Position numbers and translations under genes: made by a program
IMG/VR virus record: IMGVR_UViG_3300032257_000004
Coordinates: 1-64,000 of that record
Source of the DNA: a virus
Strand: one strand, 5' to 3'
DNA length: 64,000 bases
In this document: positions 1 to 7,450 of the stretch, piece by piece
How positions within the stretch are numbered: position 1 is the first letter of the stretch
Layout: the number at the start of each line of letters is the position of its first letter
The notes under the pieces: model-generated
What the model was told of the DNA's origin: nothing
Databases searched by the model: none
What the model saw: only the letters and a program-made list of their open reading frames with translations

Positions 1-1
1 C

Positions 2-136
2 ATCGAGAACCCTCGCGCCACGGCACTTCGCCACGCCCTCTACGGAAGCGGCGACTGGCACCTCGAAGAACTTTGCCACCTCGAAGACGAACAACTGATT
101 CGTCTGGAACGCATCATGAAACGGAGCTACCCATGA
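2..136 (+). CDS. Hypothetical protein, 5'-truncated by the window edge
   Basis: Frame 2 is open to TGA at 134-136, which overlaps the next ATG (ATGA). Confidence 0.6.
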   Translation: MENPRATALRHALYGSGDWHLEELCHLEDEQLIRLERIMKRSYP

Positions 137-537
137 ACACGTACCTTGTTATTAGCGCCAGCCAACTGGCAGACGGAGACGAATACCCGGACGTACGGAG
201 GTTCGTCTTCCACACAAAGACAGGATTCGCGGAATTCTGCGAAGACTGGGTCAAGGCGCGAGCCTACGAATGGAACTGCGACCCCGACCACGTGTGGGCC
301 GAGTGGGCCTTCTTCGATCTCACTTCGGATACCATAGGCCGAGACGCGAACCGACGAATGGGATACGGCCAATTCATGGACGAAGACGGCGATAACTACG
401 GATCGTTCCGCGTCTACCTGAGTTCTGAGGGCTGGCGCTGGGTGTCCGAACAACCCGATTGCCTGCCGGATGGCGAACCCTCAGAGCCATTCGCAACAAG
501 CGAAGACGCGTGGACGAACGCTAGATGCTATGGCTAA
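133..537 (+). CDS. Hypothetical acidic early protein
   Basis: GGAG SD and ATG at 133; followed by a terminator. Confidence 0.75.
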   Translation: MNTYLVISASQLADGDEYPDVRRFVFHTKTGFAEFCEDWVKARAYEWNCDPDHVWAEWAFFDLTSDTIGRDANRRMGYGQFMDEDGDNYGSFRVYLSSEGWRWVSEQPDCLPDGEPSEPFATSEDAWTNARCYG

Positions 538-571
538 CGTATTCTAACACCAACTCCTTCGTTGGCAACCT

Positions 572-607
572 AGGGCCGTGGGTATCCTTCCCCACGGCCC
601 TTTTTTT
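572..607 (+). terminator. Rho-independent terminator
   Basis: AGGGCCGTGGG stem pairs with CCCACGGCCCT, followed by a T-run. Confidence 0.9.
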
Positions 608-673
608 GTTTCTGGAATCAATGTCTATTCCGAAGCGGGTGGTGGGTTGGAATAGACCCCTATTCTAGAACAC

Positions 674-689
674 TGTTTCACGTGAAACA
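674..689. promoter_or_regulatory. parS: parS site (ParB/Spo0J binding palindrome)
   Basis: TGTTTCACGTGAAACA, a perfect 16-bp palindrome matching the canonical bacterial chromosomal parS consensus; intergenic. Confidence 0.85.
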
Positions 690-703
690 AAGCAGAATAG
701 ACA

Positions 704-732
704 TTGCGCGCAGCCCCCTAGCGTGGTAGGAT
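704..732 (+). promoter_or_regulatory. Early sigma70-like promoter with CAGCCCCC box
   Basis: TTGCGC-N17-TAGGAT, TG extended -10, GCAGCCCCC in the spacer. Confidence 0.7.
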
Positions 733-757
733 GGGGAGATCGAAAAGGGAGACTACC

Positions 758-1162
758 ATGATCAGAATTGACTCCAGCGACCTGAGCATTTCGGCTGCAG
801 GTTATTCCACCTAAATCTCGGGCAACGGCGGCGAAGAAGAATTCACCGTGATGGGTTGCATTCGGCAGGGCCATCGCGCCTCATTCTTGGTTCTGCGGGC
901 CACGGTCGACGGAGAATGCAGCTTGATACGCGGGTTCGACCTACCGACCCGAACAGAACACGACCGAGGAAAAGTCATCAGAACCATCGGGCATTACCTG
1001 ATCGAATGGGTTCTGGGCGGGATTCCACCGACCGAGGACGAACACGAGGAAAACTTCCTCGCCATCGAGCGGGTTCTACAGAACATGGTCGAGCACTACA
1101 GCCTCGAACCAACTTCTATGGACTGGCTCGCCTACGAATACCTCAAACAATCCAAGCAGTAA
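758..1162 (+). pseudogene. Hypothetical protein with an in-frame TAA at 812-814 (alternatively a CDS at 848-1162)
   Basis: GGGAG SD and ATG 758 are in frame with ORF 848-1162; a single stop at codon 19 interrupts it. Confidence 0.55.
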
Positions 1163-1280
1163 ATTCTGCGACGCGAACACTACCCCTAGACTATAGGGAA
1201 TCTGGGGGTAGTATGGGGTTCCCCCAGATTCGACATTATTTGTTCTAATTCCACCAGAACCCAAGCAGAATGCAGAATTT
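1161..1280. repeat. Intergenic nested inverted repeats
   Basis: GAATCTGGGGG 1198-1208 / CCCCCAGATTC 1221-1231; AAATTCTGC 1161-1169 / GCAGAATTT 1272-1280. Confidence 0.7.
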
Positions 1281-1393
1281 CGAGAGGCGACCCCTAACCA
1301 AATTGGGTTGAATAATGGAATTACCAGCCTAGAATACCTCAACTCTAGCCAACTTCTTTAGAACTAGCTAGTAGAACCCAATCGGAATCGACG

Positions 1394-1422
1394 TTGACGG
1401 TGGGGGCTGGGCGTGGTACGAT
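1394..1422 (+). promoter_or_regulatory. Early promoter with the box in reverse orientation
   Basis: TTGACG-N17-TACGAT; spacer contains GGGGGCTG. Confidence 0.75.
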
Positions 1423-1462
1423 TTGGATGCGGTCGATTTTGGCCGATATGAAGGAGAATGTA

Positions 1463-1789
1463 ATGCCTAAATTGAAAGCGGTTAGCGCCGCCAGCTACAT
1501 TCAGGCAATGCTGTCCGATACCGGATGGCGTCTGGAAATCAAACTGAATCAAGATCAGCTGCGACAGTGGGTCGACGCGATCGAATCGGGGCCAATAGGC
1601 GCATCTTACGATGAATTGATACGGCTGTTCCCACCCAGTGGACCGGACGATTTCCAACACGCGGTCGAAACGGTGGGCGAAGGGCTTCTATCATTCCTGG
1701 GCCACGCCGAAGGCGAGGGGGCTGACAGGGCCACGGTGGCACTAATTCTGGCCACCACCACAGTTGATACGAAGATATACGTGGGGTGA
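1463..1789 (+). CDS. Hypothetical protein
   Basis: AAGGAG SD, ATG at 1463. Confidence 0.7.
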   Translation: MPKLKAVSAASYIQAMLSDTGWRLEIKLNQDQLRQWVDAIESGPIGASYDELIRLFPPSGPDDFQHAVETVGEGLLSFLGHAEGEGADRATVALILATTTVDTKIYVG

Positions 1790-1800
1790 ACGTAGCCGGA

Positions 1801-1836
1801 ACGGGGGTTGCGCGATCGCAGCCCCCGTGTTACGAT
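1801..1836 (+). promoter_or_regulatory. Early promoter with a palindromic double box
   Basis: ACGGGGGTTGCG-CGAT-CGCAGCCCCCGT; TTGCGC-N17-TACGAT. Confidence 0.75.
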
Positions 1837-1878
1837 ACGATACTGACAACGGCAACAGCCAACAACGAAAGTAAGAAA

Positions 1879-2109
1879 ATGAAAGCGAAGAAAAGCAACA
1901 CCGAGGCCGTCAAGCACCTGATGGAGTACAGCCGAAGCGGGGCACTGTTTCAGATGTTCCTGATACAGGCGCTGAAGCGATACGGCGACGATGTTCTGGC
2001 CTCCGAGTCCAAGGATTGGACCAACGGCATGATCTCGTACGAAGCTTGGCGGCGATGCGCCCAAGAAGCAGTCGACTTTTACGCTGAACGCACGGATGGT
2101 GTGCGATGA
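1879..2109 (+). CDS. Hypothetical protein
   Basis: ATG at 1879 downstream of the promoter; ATGA coupling to the next gene. Confidence 0.7.
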   Translation: MKAKKSNTEAVKHLMEYSRSGALFQMFLIQALKRYGDDVLASESKDWTNGMISYEAWRRCAQEAVDFYAERTDGVR

Positions 2110-2564
2110 AACAGGGACAGCAATACATCGGGGTGGGGGGAGTTCTCCACCCCGACGATCTTGAGGCGAACGTGAAAACGGTGTCCCAAGGCGTGGCCCT
2201 AGAGTCGAAGGGGCGGAGCGATGTGAACCCCGCCGAGGCTATCTATTCAATCGAGGTGGGGTACACTTCGGGCACCCTCTATTTGTATGAACGGCAGACC
2301 TGCTTCATACCGAACGACACCGGAAAATACCAACACCTGAACGAATTTTTGGCCCTCAACTTCGGCATCGTTCTGATTGGGCCCTCACATCCGGCTTACC
2401 AGTCATTCATGACCCGAGAGGCCAGTGGCTTCGAACGGGTGGCTCTGATGATTCACAGTCTGGGAGAGGACGACATCGAATCGGTGATTGAATTGGCCGA
2501 AGACCTGCGGCGCGTTGTTAACTACCACACCCTTTACCAATCCGACGTGGAAAGGACAACGTAA
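2106..2564 (+). CDS. Hypothetical protein
   Basis: ORF coupled at both ends. Confidence 0.7.
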   Translation: MKQGQQYIGVGGVLHPDDLEANVKTVSQGVALESKGRSDVNPAEAIYSIEVGYTSGTLYLYERQTCFIPNDTGKYQHLNEFLALNFGIVLIGPSHPAYQSFMTREASGFERVALMIHSLGEDDIESVIELAEDLRRVVNYHTLYQSDVERTT

Positions 2565-2812
2565 TGACTGGACAACTCGACTTCTCGGTTGAAATCAAAT
2601 CCGGCGATGCCGCATTCGACGCCAAGAACTACCAGCGCGAAGTGGCGAGAATACTTCGTGAATTGGCAGACCGAATTGAAGCCATTTACGACCCCGTGGA
2701 CGAAGGCGTTGAAGAAGTGTCCGATTTTGGATTTTTCCACGATATAAACGGCAACCGGTGTGGTAAATTCTGGATGACGAAACAACTAACAGAAGAAGAC
2801 TGGGGGAATTAA
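2564..2812 (+). CDS. Hypothetical acidic protein
   Basis: TAATG coupling, AGGA SD. Confidence 0.7.
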   Translation: MTGQLDFSVEIKSGDAAFDAKNYQREVARILRELADRIEAIYDPVDEGVEEVSDFGFFHDINGNRCGKFWMTKQLTEEDWGN

Positions 2813-2820
2813 CACGCAAT

Positions 2821-2854
2821 AGGGGTTGCGTGAGCGCAGCCCCTGTGGTTTAAT
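2821..2854 (+). promoter_or_regulatory. Early promoter with a palindromic double box
   Basis: AGGGGTTGCG-TGAG-CGCAGCCCCT; TTGCGT-N17-TTTAAT. Confidence 0.7.
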
Positions 2855-2883
2855 AGTCTCACGATCAACGAAGGAGAGACGGC

Positions 2884-3258
2884 ATGACCAAACTCAGATA
2901 CAACGAACTCACAGTGCGGACCGGTGGATACCGGGCACAGTACGACCACCTGAACAGCCACAAATACATTGGCGACTACGCAATGCTCGCCTCAGGGAAG
3001 CACGACGTGGTGTCGGACGACGACGACGATCAGGACTTCTGCGAGCCGATCGGATACAATCACCTAGTCCGAGTGAAGAAGGTCGATGACAGCGTCACTG
3101 ACGATGAAATCAAACAAGCCTTCTATCAAGAGTTCTCAGTCAGTGGTTGCGATCACGACTACGACTGTTGCGGATGTCGCAGCTTCCACGCCGGTCCGGT
3201 GGAGAAGGTAGGTGAAACCGACTGGGCCATTACGGTTCACTCAAGTCGCAACTTCTAG
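2884..3258 (+). CDS. Hypothetical protein with a CxHxxDCCGC motif
   Basis: AAGGAG SD; Cys-rich putative metal site. Confidence 0.75.
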   Translation: MTKLRYNELTVRTGGYRAQYDHLNSHKYIGDYAMLASGKHDVVSDDDDDQDFCEPIGYNHLVRVKKVDDSVTDDEIKQAFYQEFSVSGCDHDYDCCGCRSFHAGPVEKVGETDWAITVHSSRNF

Positions 3259-3267
3259 GGGGCCGAT

Positions 3268-3498
3268 ATGGCATTCTTCGACGAGACCAACACGCGAGAA
3301 GACAAAACGCACGAATTCAGTGCTATGGCTTCAGACATCGGGCTCCAACCGGGAAGATGGCCCGTGGACATTTACACTTCGCTGGGCAACGGGTCGACAA
3401 CGGTTCAGGTCGGCAGAAAGTACCACAAGGGGGAACTGGTCAGCGTCCTCTACAAGCAGTCACTCGGTTGCATAAAGATTGAGGTATTCAATGACTAA
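3268..3498 (+). CDS. Hypothetical protein
   Basis: ORF in operon. Confidence 0.7.
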   Translation: MAFFDETNTREDKTHEFSAMASDIGLQPGRWPVDIYTSLGNGSTTVQVGRKYHKGELVSVLYKQSLGCIKIEVFND

Positions 3499-3721
3499 TT
3501 CAATCCTGAGCCACGCGCAGCTGGAAGCGCGATCAAAGCTGAGAATAATCGGCTGGAAATGGGACCACGAAACGGTCCAACTGGGGGTTCTTAGACTTAA
3601 GGTCTACCCCCAACAATTCGAACAATCCGAACTGAAAACCAAGGGCTACAGCCTGAAATCTGGCGTTCTGGTCGCTGAAATCCTCGCAGATGGACGAGTG
3701 AAAATGGGAGAAGTCAAATGA
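3491..3721 (+). CDS. Hypothetical protein
   Basis: GAGG SD, overlaps both neighbours. Confidence 0.65.
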   Translation: MTNSILSHAQLEARSKLRIIGWKWDHETVQLGVLRLKVYPQQFEQSELKTKGYSLKSGVLVAEILADGRVKMGEVK

Positions 3722-4011
3722 CCTCGAAGAGTACAATATACTTTCCTGATGGAACGGTCGACGTTAAAACGCACGACAAAGAAAAGGGATTTGATCTTGC
3801 CCGTGAATGGATTGGGGGATACATAGAACGACTACACCCCGACTACCTATTGGGTGCTAAATATGAAGACCGACAACGGCAAATATTCGTCAACGAGGAC
3901 GGGAACATTCTTCAACTCGAACGAAACCGAAACCCGGAATTCATAAAACGATTCGGCCACATACCTCTGTGCGGAATCATTGTGGTGGCTGAAGACTGGA
4001 AGATGACCTGA
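3718..4011 (+). CDS. DUF3846-like protein
   Basis: IGGYIE...FVNEDG...LERN...LCGIIVV pattern. Confidence 0.65.
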   Translation: MTSKSTIYFPDGTVDVKTHDKEKGFDLAREWIGGYIERLHPDYLLGAKYEDRQRQIFVNEDGNILQLERNRNPEFIKRFGHIPLCGIIVVAEDWKMT

Positions 4012-4024
4012 ATCAGCCCGAATA

Positions 4025-4058
4025 GGGGGTTGTGGACACGCAGCCCCCGTGGTATAGT
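4025..4058 (+). promoter_or_regulatory. Early promoter with a palindromic double box
   Basis: GGGGGTTGTG-GACA-CGCAGCCCCC; TTGTGG-N17-TATAGT. Confidence 0.75.
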
Positions 4059-4142
4059 AGTGTTGATCGAGGGGCACGGTGCCCCTCACCAAACAGGAGC
4101 AAGGTGCTCCACTAAATCGGACTTAACGCAAGGGAGTTTGCA

Positions 4143-4646
4143 ATGTCCAATACTCAAGTCTTCGCCGGACCAAATGGCGACGTCGAACTTGACCTCGATA
4201 TGGTCAACATCGACACTCTTCGGGCTCAGTTGAAAGAGGCTGAGATTAAGTTCCACGGTCGGGCTGGCCTTCAAAAGCTTTTGGTTCTCGCCATCGAGAA
4301 CGAGCTTGAAGTCGATCAAGTCGACCCCTCGACCGGCAATGTCATCGGCAAGGATTATCGCAGCAAATACGGTCGCGATCAAAATTGCGGTGATCAGGTG
4401 GTTGCGGCGTTCAAGGACGCGGTGGTCGGTGACGACGAAGACGCTCGATGCGATGCTCTTCGGGCCGTTGCCAATGCGAACGACATCAACTACGACCGTT
4501 GGTCGCACCTGAACATCGGCATGCGCCGGATGAACCTCGGCAACGTGTTGCGCGGCATGATCAAGCGCGGCGAGGCCGTTACCATTGGTTCCCAGACTTG
4601 GGAAGCAACGGACATCGAGGACGAAGACACCGCTCAGGCGCTGTAA
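4143..4646 (+). CDS. Hypothetical protein (SHLNxGM family, paralog of 38099-38548)
   Basis: GGGAG SD; C-terminal WSHLNIGMRRMNLGNVLRGMIKRGE. Confidence 0.8.
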   Translation: MSNTQVFAGPNGDVELDLDMVNIDTLRAQLKEAEIKFHGRAGLQKLLVLAIENELEVDQVDPSTGNVIGKDYRSKYGRDQNCGDQVVAAFKDAVVGDDEDARCDALRAVANANDINYDRWSHLNIGMRRMNLGNVLRGMIKRGEAVTIGSQTWEATDIEDEDTAQAL

Positions 4647-4667
4647 TTCAACCCTCACAATCAGCAG

Positions 4668-4693
4668 AGGGGCCGGGAGTAATTCCGGCCCCC
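4668..4693 (+). terminator. GC-rich hairpin, possible terminator or processing site
   Basis: GGGGCCGG...CCGGCCCC, weak T-tail. Confidence 0.5.
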
Positions 4694-4719
4694 TAGTTGT
4701 CTTCTAGGGAGACACTGAA

Positions 4720-5214
4720 ATGGAAACGATCGAAACACAATGTGGTCATCAGATCACTATTCGTCCGGATGCGGACGCAATGGACCCGAGAGACTGGTCC
4801 GAACAACTGATCGCCGTACGTAAATCGAACAGATACCTGCGCGGCGACATCGACATTGATGGGTACGAAAACTACGAAGACTTCGTTCAAGAGCGGGAAC
4901 GATTGGGCGATTCAGTCTTTCCTCTGTACATGTACGTCCATTCAGGCGTAGCACTCAGCACCTCTCCATTCGGCTGTCAATGGGACAGTGGGCTGGCCGG
5001 TGCGGTTGTTGTACCGAACGACCTAAAACAACACTTCTGCAACGATGAAGAAATCCAGAACAGTGTGGAGTCATTTCTGAGGATTATGACGGCTTGGATG
5101 AATGGCGACTGTTACTGGTACGAAACCTCCAAAAATGGGATGTTGGTCGATTCCTGTTCCGGCTACTACTCCTTCGATGAAGCAGAACAGGCAGCAAAGG
5201 AAAACATAGCATGA
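4720..5214 (+). CDS. Conserved phage hypothetical protein
   Basis: PLYMYVHSG...WDSG...DSCSGYY motifs typical of a phage/plasmid family. Confidence 0.75.
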   Translation: METIETQCGHQITIRPDADAMDPRDWSEQLIAVRKSNRYLRGDIDIDGYENYEDFVQERERLGDSVFPLYMYVHSGVALSTSPFGCQWDSGLAGAVVVPNDLKQHFCNDEEIQNSVESFLRIMTAWMNGDCYWYETSKNGMLVDSCSGYYSFDEAEQAAKENIA

Positions 5215-5717
5215 ACTTTCGAGGTGATGCACCTGATTTCAAACGTGGACCCGACTCATTCGCGTCCGCATTTCATCGGCAGGACGAGGCTCTTATTCGT
5301 AAAGCCTTTACTAAACCGAAAAACCCCAACAATATGGGACACATTCTTGAAGCCCGACTAAAACTGGAACGGCTACTTGAGTTCATGGCCCAAGACCTGA
5401 ACGTTACAAAAAGCCAAATTATTCATGCGTTCAGGACCAACCGAATCGACAAACTGCACGAAGCGATCGATCGAAAATGGCACTATGGTTCTACCCAATT
5501 CGCTGTCATCAACGACGACCTTCGTGCGCGCAAACTTCCCGACACCCAATGGGTGCGGGACATGAAACGCACACGCTCTCTGGCCGGAATGCCTCGCAAC
5601 GTGTTTGCTGGGCAAGTCACCAAGTCATGGAACGCCGCTAGTGGGCTGGGTAAGCCCGACGTGGACACGGCGTCGTCTGGGACAACGGATGGGTCACCCG
5701 TGGCCGCTACAGCATAG
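5211..5717 (+). CDS. Hypothetical protein
   Basis: ATGA coupling. Confidence 0.65.
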   Translation: MNFRGDAPDFKRGPDSFASAFHRQDEALIRKAFTKPKNPNNMGHILEARLKLERLLEFMAQDLNVTKSQIIHAFRTNRIDKLHEAIDRKWHYGSTQFAVINDDLRARKLPDTQWVRDMKRTRSLAGMPRNVFAGQVTKSWNAASGLGKPDVDTASSGTTDGSPVAATA

Positions 5718-5767
5718 CGGGCTATACCACCAGCCCGTCCACCGATAACGGACAAGGGAGACACACC

Positions 5768-5998
5768 GTGTCAGACATAAAAGTGCAATCTATACTGGAC
5801 GACTTCATCAACCCTTCCAAGACAATCGAAGGCGCTGAACGATTCGTCATCAACAATGCGAAGAGAGTAGTTACTGTTAACTACAGAAAGGGGTCCATAG
5901 ACTTCGACATGGCATGCGTTAAACCCGTGTACTTCGAGCGCATGGAGTCCTTCATACGAACTCACTTCGAAGGAGCGTCCATCACGATTGTAGACTAA
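5768..5998 (+). CDS. Hypothetical protein
   Basis: GGGAG SD, GTG start. Confidence 0.65.
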   Translation: MSDIKVQSILDDFINPSKTIEGAERFVINNAKRVVTVNYRKGSIDFDMACVKPVYFERMESFIRTHFEGASITIVD

Positions 5999-6005
5999 CC
6001 GGCCC

Positions 6006-6034
6006 TAGCACACGCACGGCCCCCGTGCTATACT
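6006..6034 (+). promoter_or_regulatory. Early promoter with a variant box
   Basis: TAGCAC-N17-TATACT; CGGCCCCC in the spacer. Confidence 0.6.
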
Positions 6035-6056
6035 AGGCGATGTGGAGGGTCTACAT

Positions 6057-6236
6057 ATGGACAGTCCAGACTACGAAGACGATGAGGAGGACGATGAGGA
6101 GTGTTTAGAGTTGATACGAGCCGGAGAGGCTGATGGTGAACATCCCATCAACGAAGCCTGCGAGGTAGTTGTTAACTCCCTAGGTTCCATAGCTTGGTTC
6201 ATAGGGGCACTAACCGGAGGACTTTCTCGGGAGTAA
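6057..6236 (+). CDS. Small, highly acidic protein
   Basis: GGAGG SD; DYEDDEEDDEE. Confidence 0.65.
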   Translation: MDSPDYEDDEEDDEECLELIRAGEADGEHPINEACEVVVNSLGSIAWFIGALTGGLSRE

Positions 6237-6239
6237 TGG

Positions 6240-6270
6240 GAGGCGCGGGTTTCGGCCCGCGCCTTCTTTG
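6240..6270 (+). terminator. Rho-independent terminator, copy 1
   Basis: AGGCGCGGG-TTTCGG-CCCGCGCCT then TCTTTG. Confidence 0.85.
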
Positions 6271-6290
6271 TAATCCGATCGGAATTAAGC

Positions 6291-6319
6291 TTGACGCGCA
6301 GCCCCCGCGCTGCTAAAAT
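6291..6319 (+). promoter_or_regulatory. Early promoter with box
   Basis: TTGACG-CGCAGCCCCCGCGCTGC-TAAAAT. Confidence 0.8.
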
Positions 6320-6364
6320 CAACGAGTCGCTAAAGGAGCGACGCGCAAATGAAGGAGAGCAGAA

Positions 6365-6562
6365 ATGCACAAGCGCACATTCAAACTCGAAGACAAAACG
6401 ATCGCGGTGATCGAAACCGACAGCCTGTCGACTCTGGCGAATTTAACGTCCGCCTTTTTCTGCAGCCACAAAGCTTTCGGCTTCCCGGTAGAGAAAGACT
6501 TTCTACTCGCGGTCGACTTTCAGGACGACGTTCCGGCCTACTCGGACTTGAACGACTTCTGA
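6365..6562 (+). CDS. Hypothetical protein (monocistronic)
   Basis: AAGGAG SD; lies between a promoter and a terminator. Confidence 0.7.
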   Translation: MHKRTFKLEDKTIAVIETDSLSTLANLTSAFFCSHKAFGFPVEKDFLLAVDFQDDVPAYSDLNDF

Positions 6563-6585
6563 TCTCGCACAGATTCTGAACTTTG

Positions 6586-6617
6586 AAGGCGCGGGTTTCG
6601 GCCCGCGCCTTCTTTGT
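6586..6617 (+). terminator. Rho-independent terminator, copy 2 (same as copy 1)
   Basis: AGGCGCGGGTTTCGGCCCGCGCCTTCTTTGT repeated. Confidence 0.85.
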
Positions 6618-6680
6618 ATTCAGCTGGAATCAATGTCTACTCGGGGAATGCAGTATACTTCCCCATCATCTTTCATTCTA

Positions 6681-7383
6681 GAAAGCCGGGTTAACAGGCG
6701 GAGGCCGGAAAGCCGGGTTAACAGACGGAGGTTGTGCCCGACTGGGCCTTTAATCTCTCCAAATTTGGAAAGAGTTGGGAAAGGGTTGGGGATCGAGTTG
6801 GGCGAGATTGGGAGTTGGCCAAATTTGGGGGCCCGCGTCCCGTGCGGCTTGTCGGCGTGTCGACACTCTCCGAGTTGGGCTTCGACCCCTCCAACCCGTG
6901 TCTCCACCCACTTTTTCCCGTTTTTTACATACCACCAACCACAACACCCGTTACTTTCTTGCCACATGGGGGCCGCGACCATTACTATATCTCAAACCCA
7001 AAAAAAATTAAAGAAAAAAGGGTTGGGAAAAAAAGACAAGATTGGGCAGTTGGCCAAACTATTGGGCAGATTGGGCAGTTGGTTAAATTTGAAAAGAGCC
7101 GCGTCCCGTGCGGCTGATGCCCTTATCGCCCAACTAATATATAGGTTGGCCAAATTTGGGACTCCAGATATCTCAGAGTCCCAACTCGCCCAACTCAAAG
7201 CCTAACCCTTTCCCAACTTTTTCCAAATTTGGTCCCTCCAAATTTAACCAAATTTGGGCGGAGTTGCGTCGCAATACTCGTGCAACTGACGCTTGCGTCG
7301 CAACCCCCGCGCATTGGGGCCGCGTCTGTGTCCCTTTTGCCACACCCTCTCCAGACCTGCTCTCCAAATTTGGCCAACTTTGG
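6681..7383. repeat. Gene-free repeat/palindrome element (candidate ori, packaging or injection-stop site)
   Basis: Six exact CCAAATTTGG palindromes, imperfect ~55-bp inverted arms, 17-bp and 15-bp direct repeats, a 27-bp-period tandem and central A-tracts. Confidence 0.8.
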
Positions 7384-7398
7384 CCCTAAACCCACCCC

Positions 7399-7427
7399 TT
7401 ATGCCACAGCCCCCATCGTGGTATAGT
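7399..7427 (+). promoter_or_regulatory. Early promoter with box
   Basis: TTATGC-CACAGCCCCCATCGTGG-TATAGT. Confidence 0.7.
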
Positions 7428-7450
7428 ATACTACACAAGGGAGAGTTGCA

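Noticed and set aside
812-814. Genome-wide stop-codon reassignment
   Set aside because: TAA, TAG and TGA all end intact conserved genes; this is the only interrupted gene noticed
6681-6731. Possible mini-CRISPR array or CtrA box (TTAAC)
   Set aside because: Only two units separated by 3 bp, so there is no spacer; spacing does not fit TTAA-N7-TTAA
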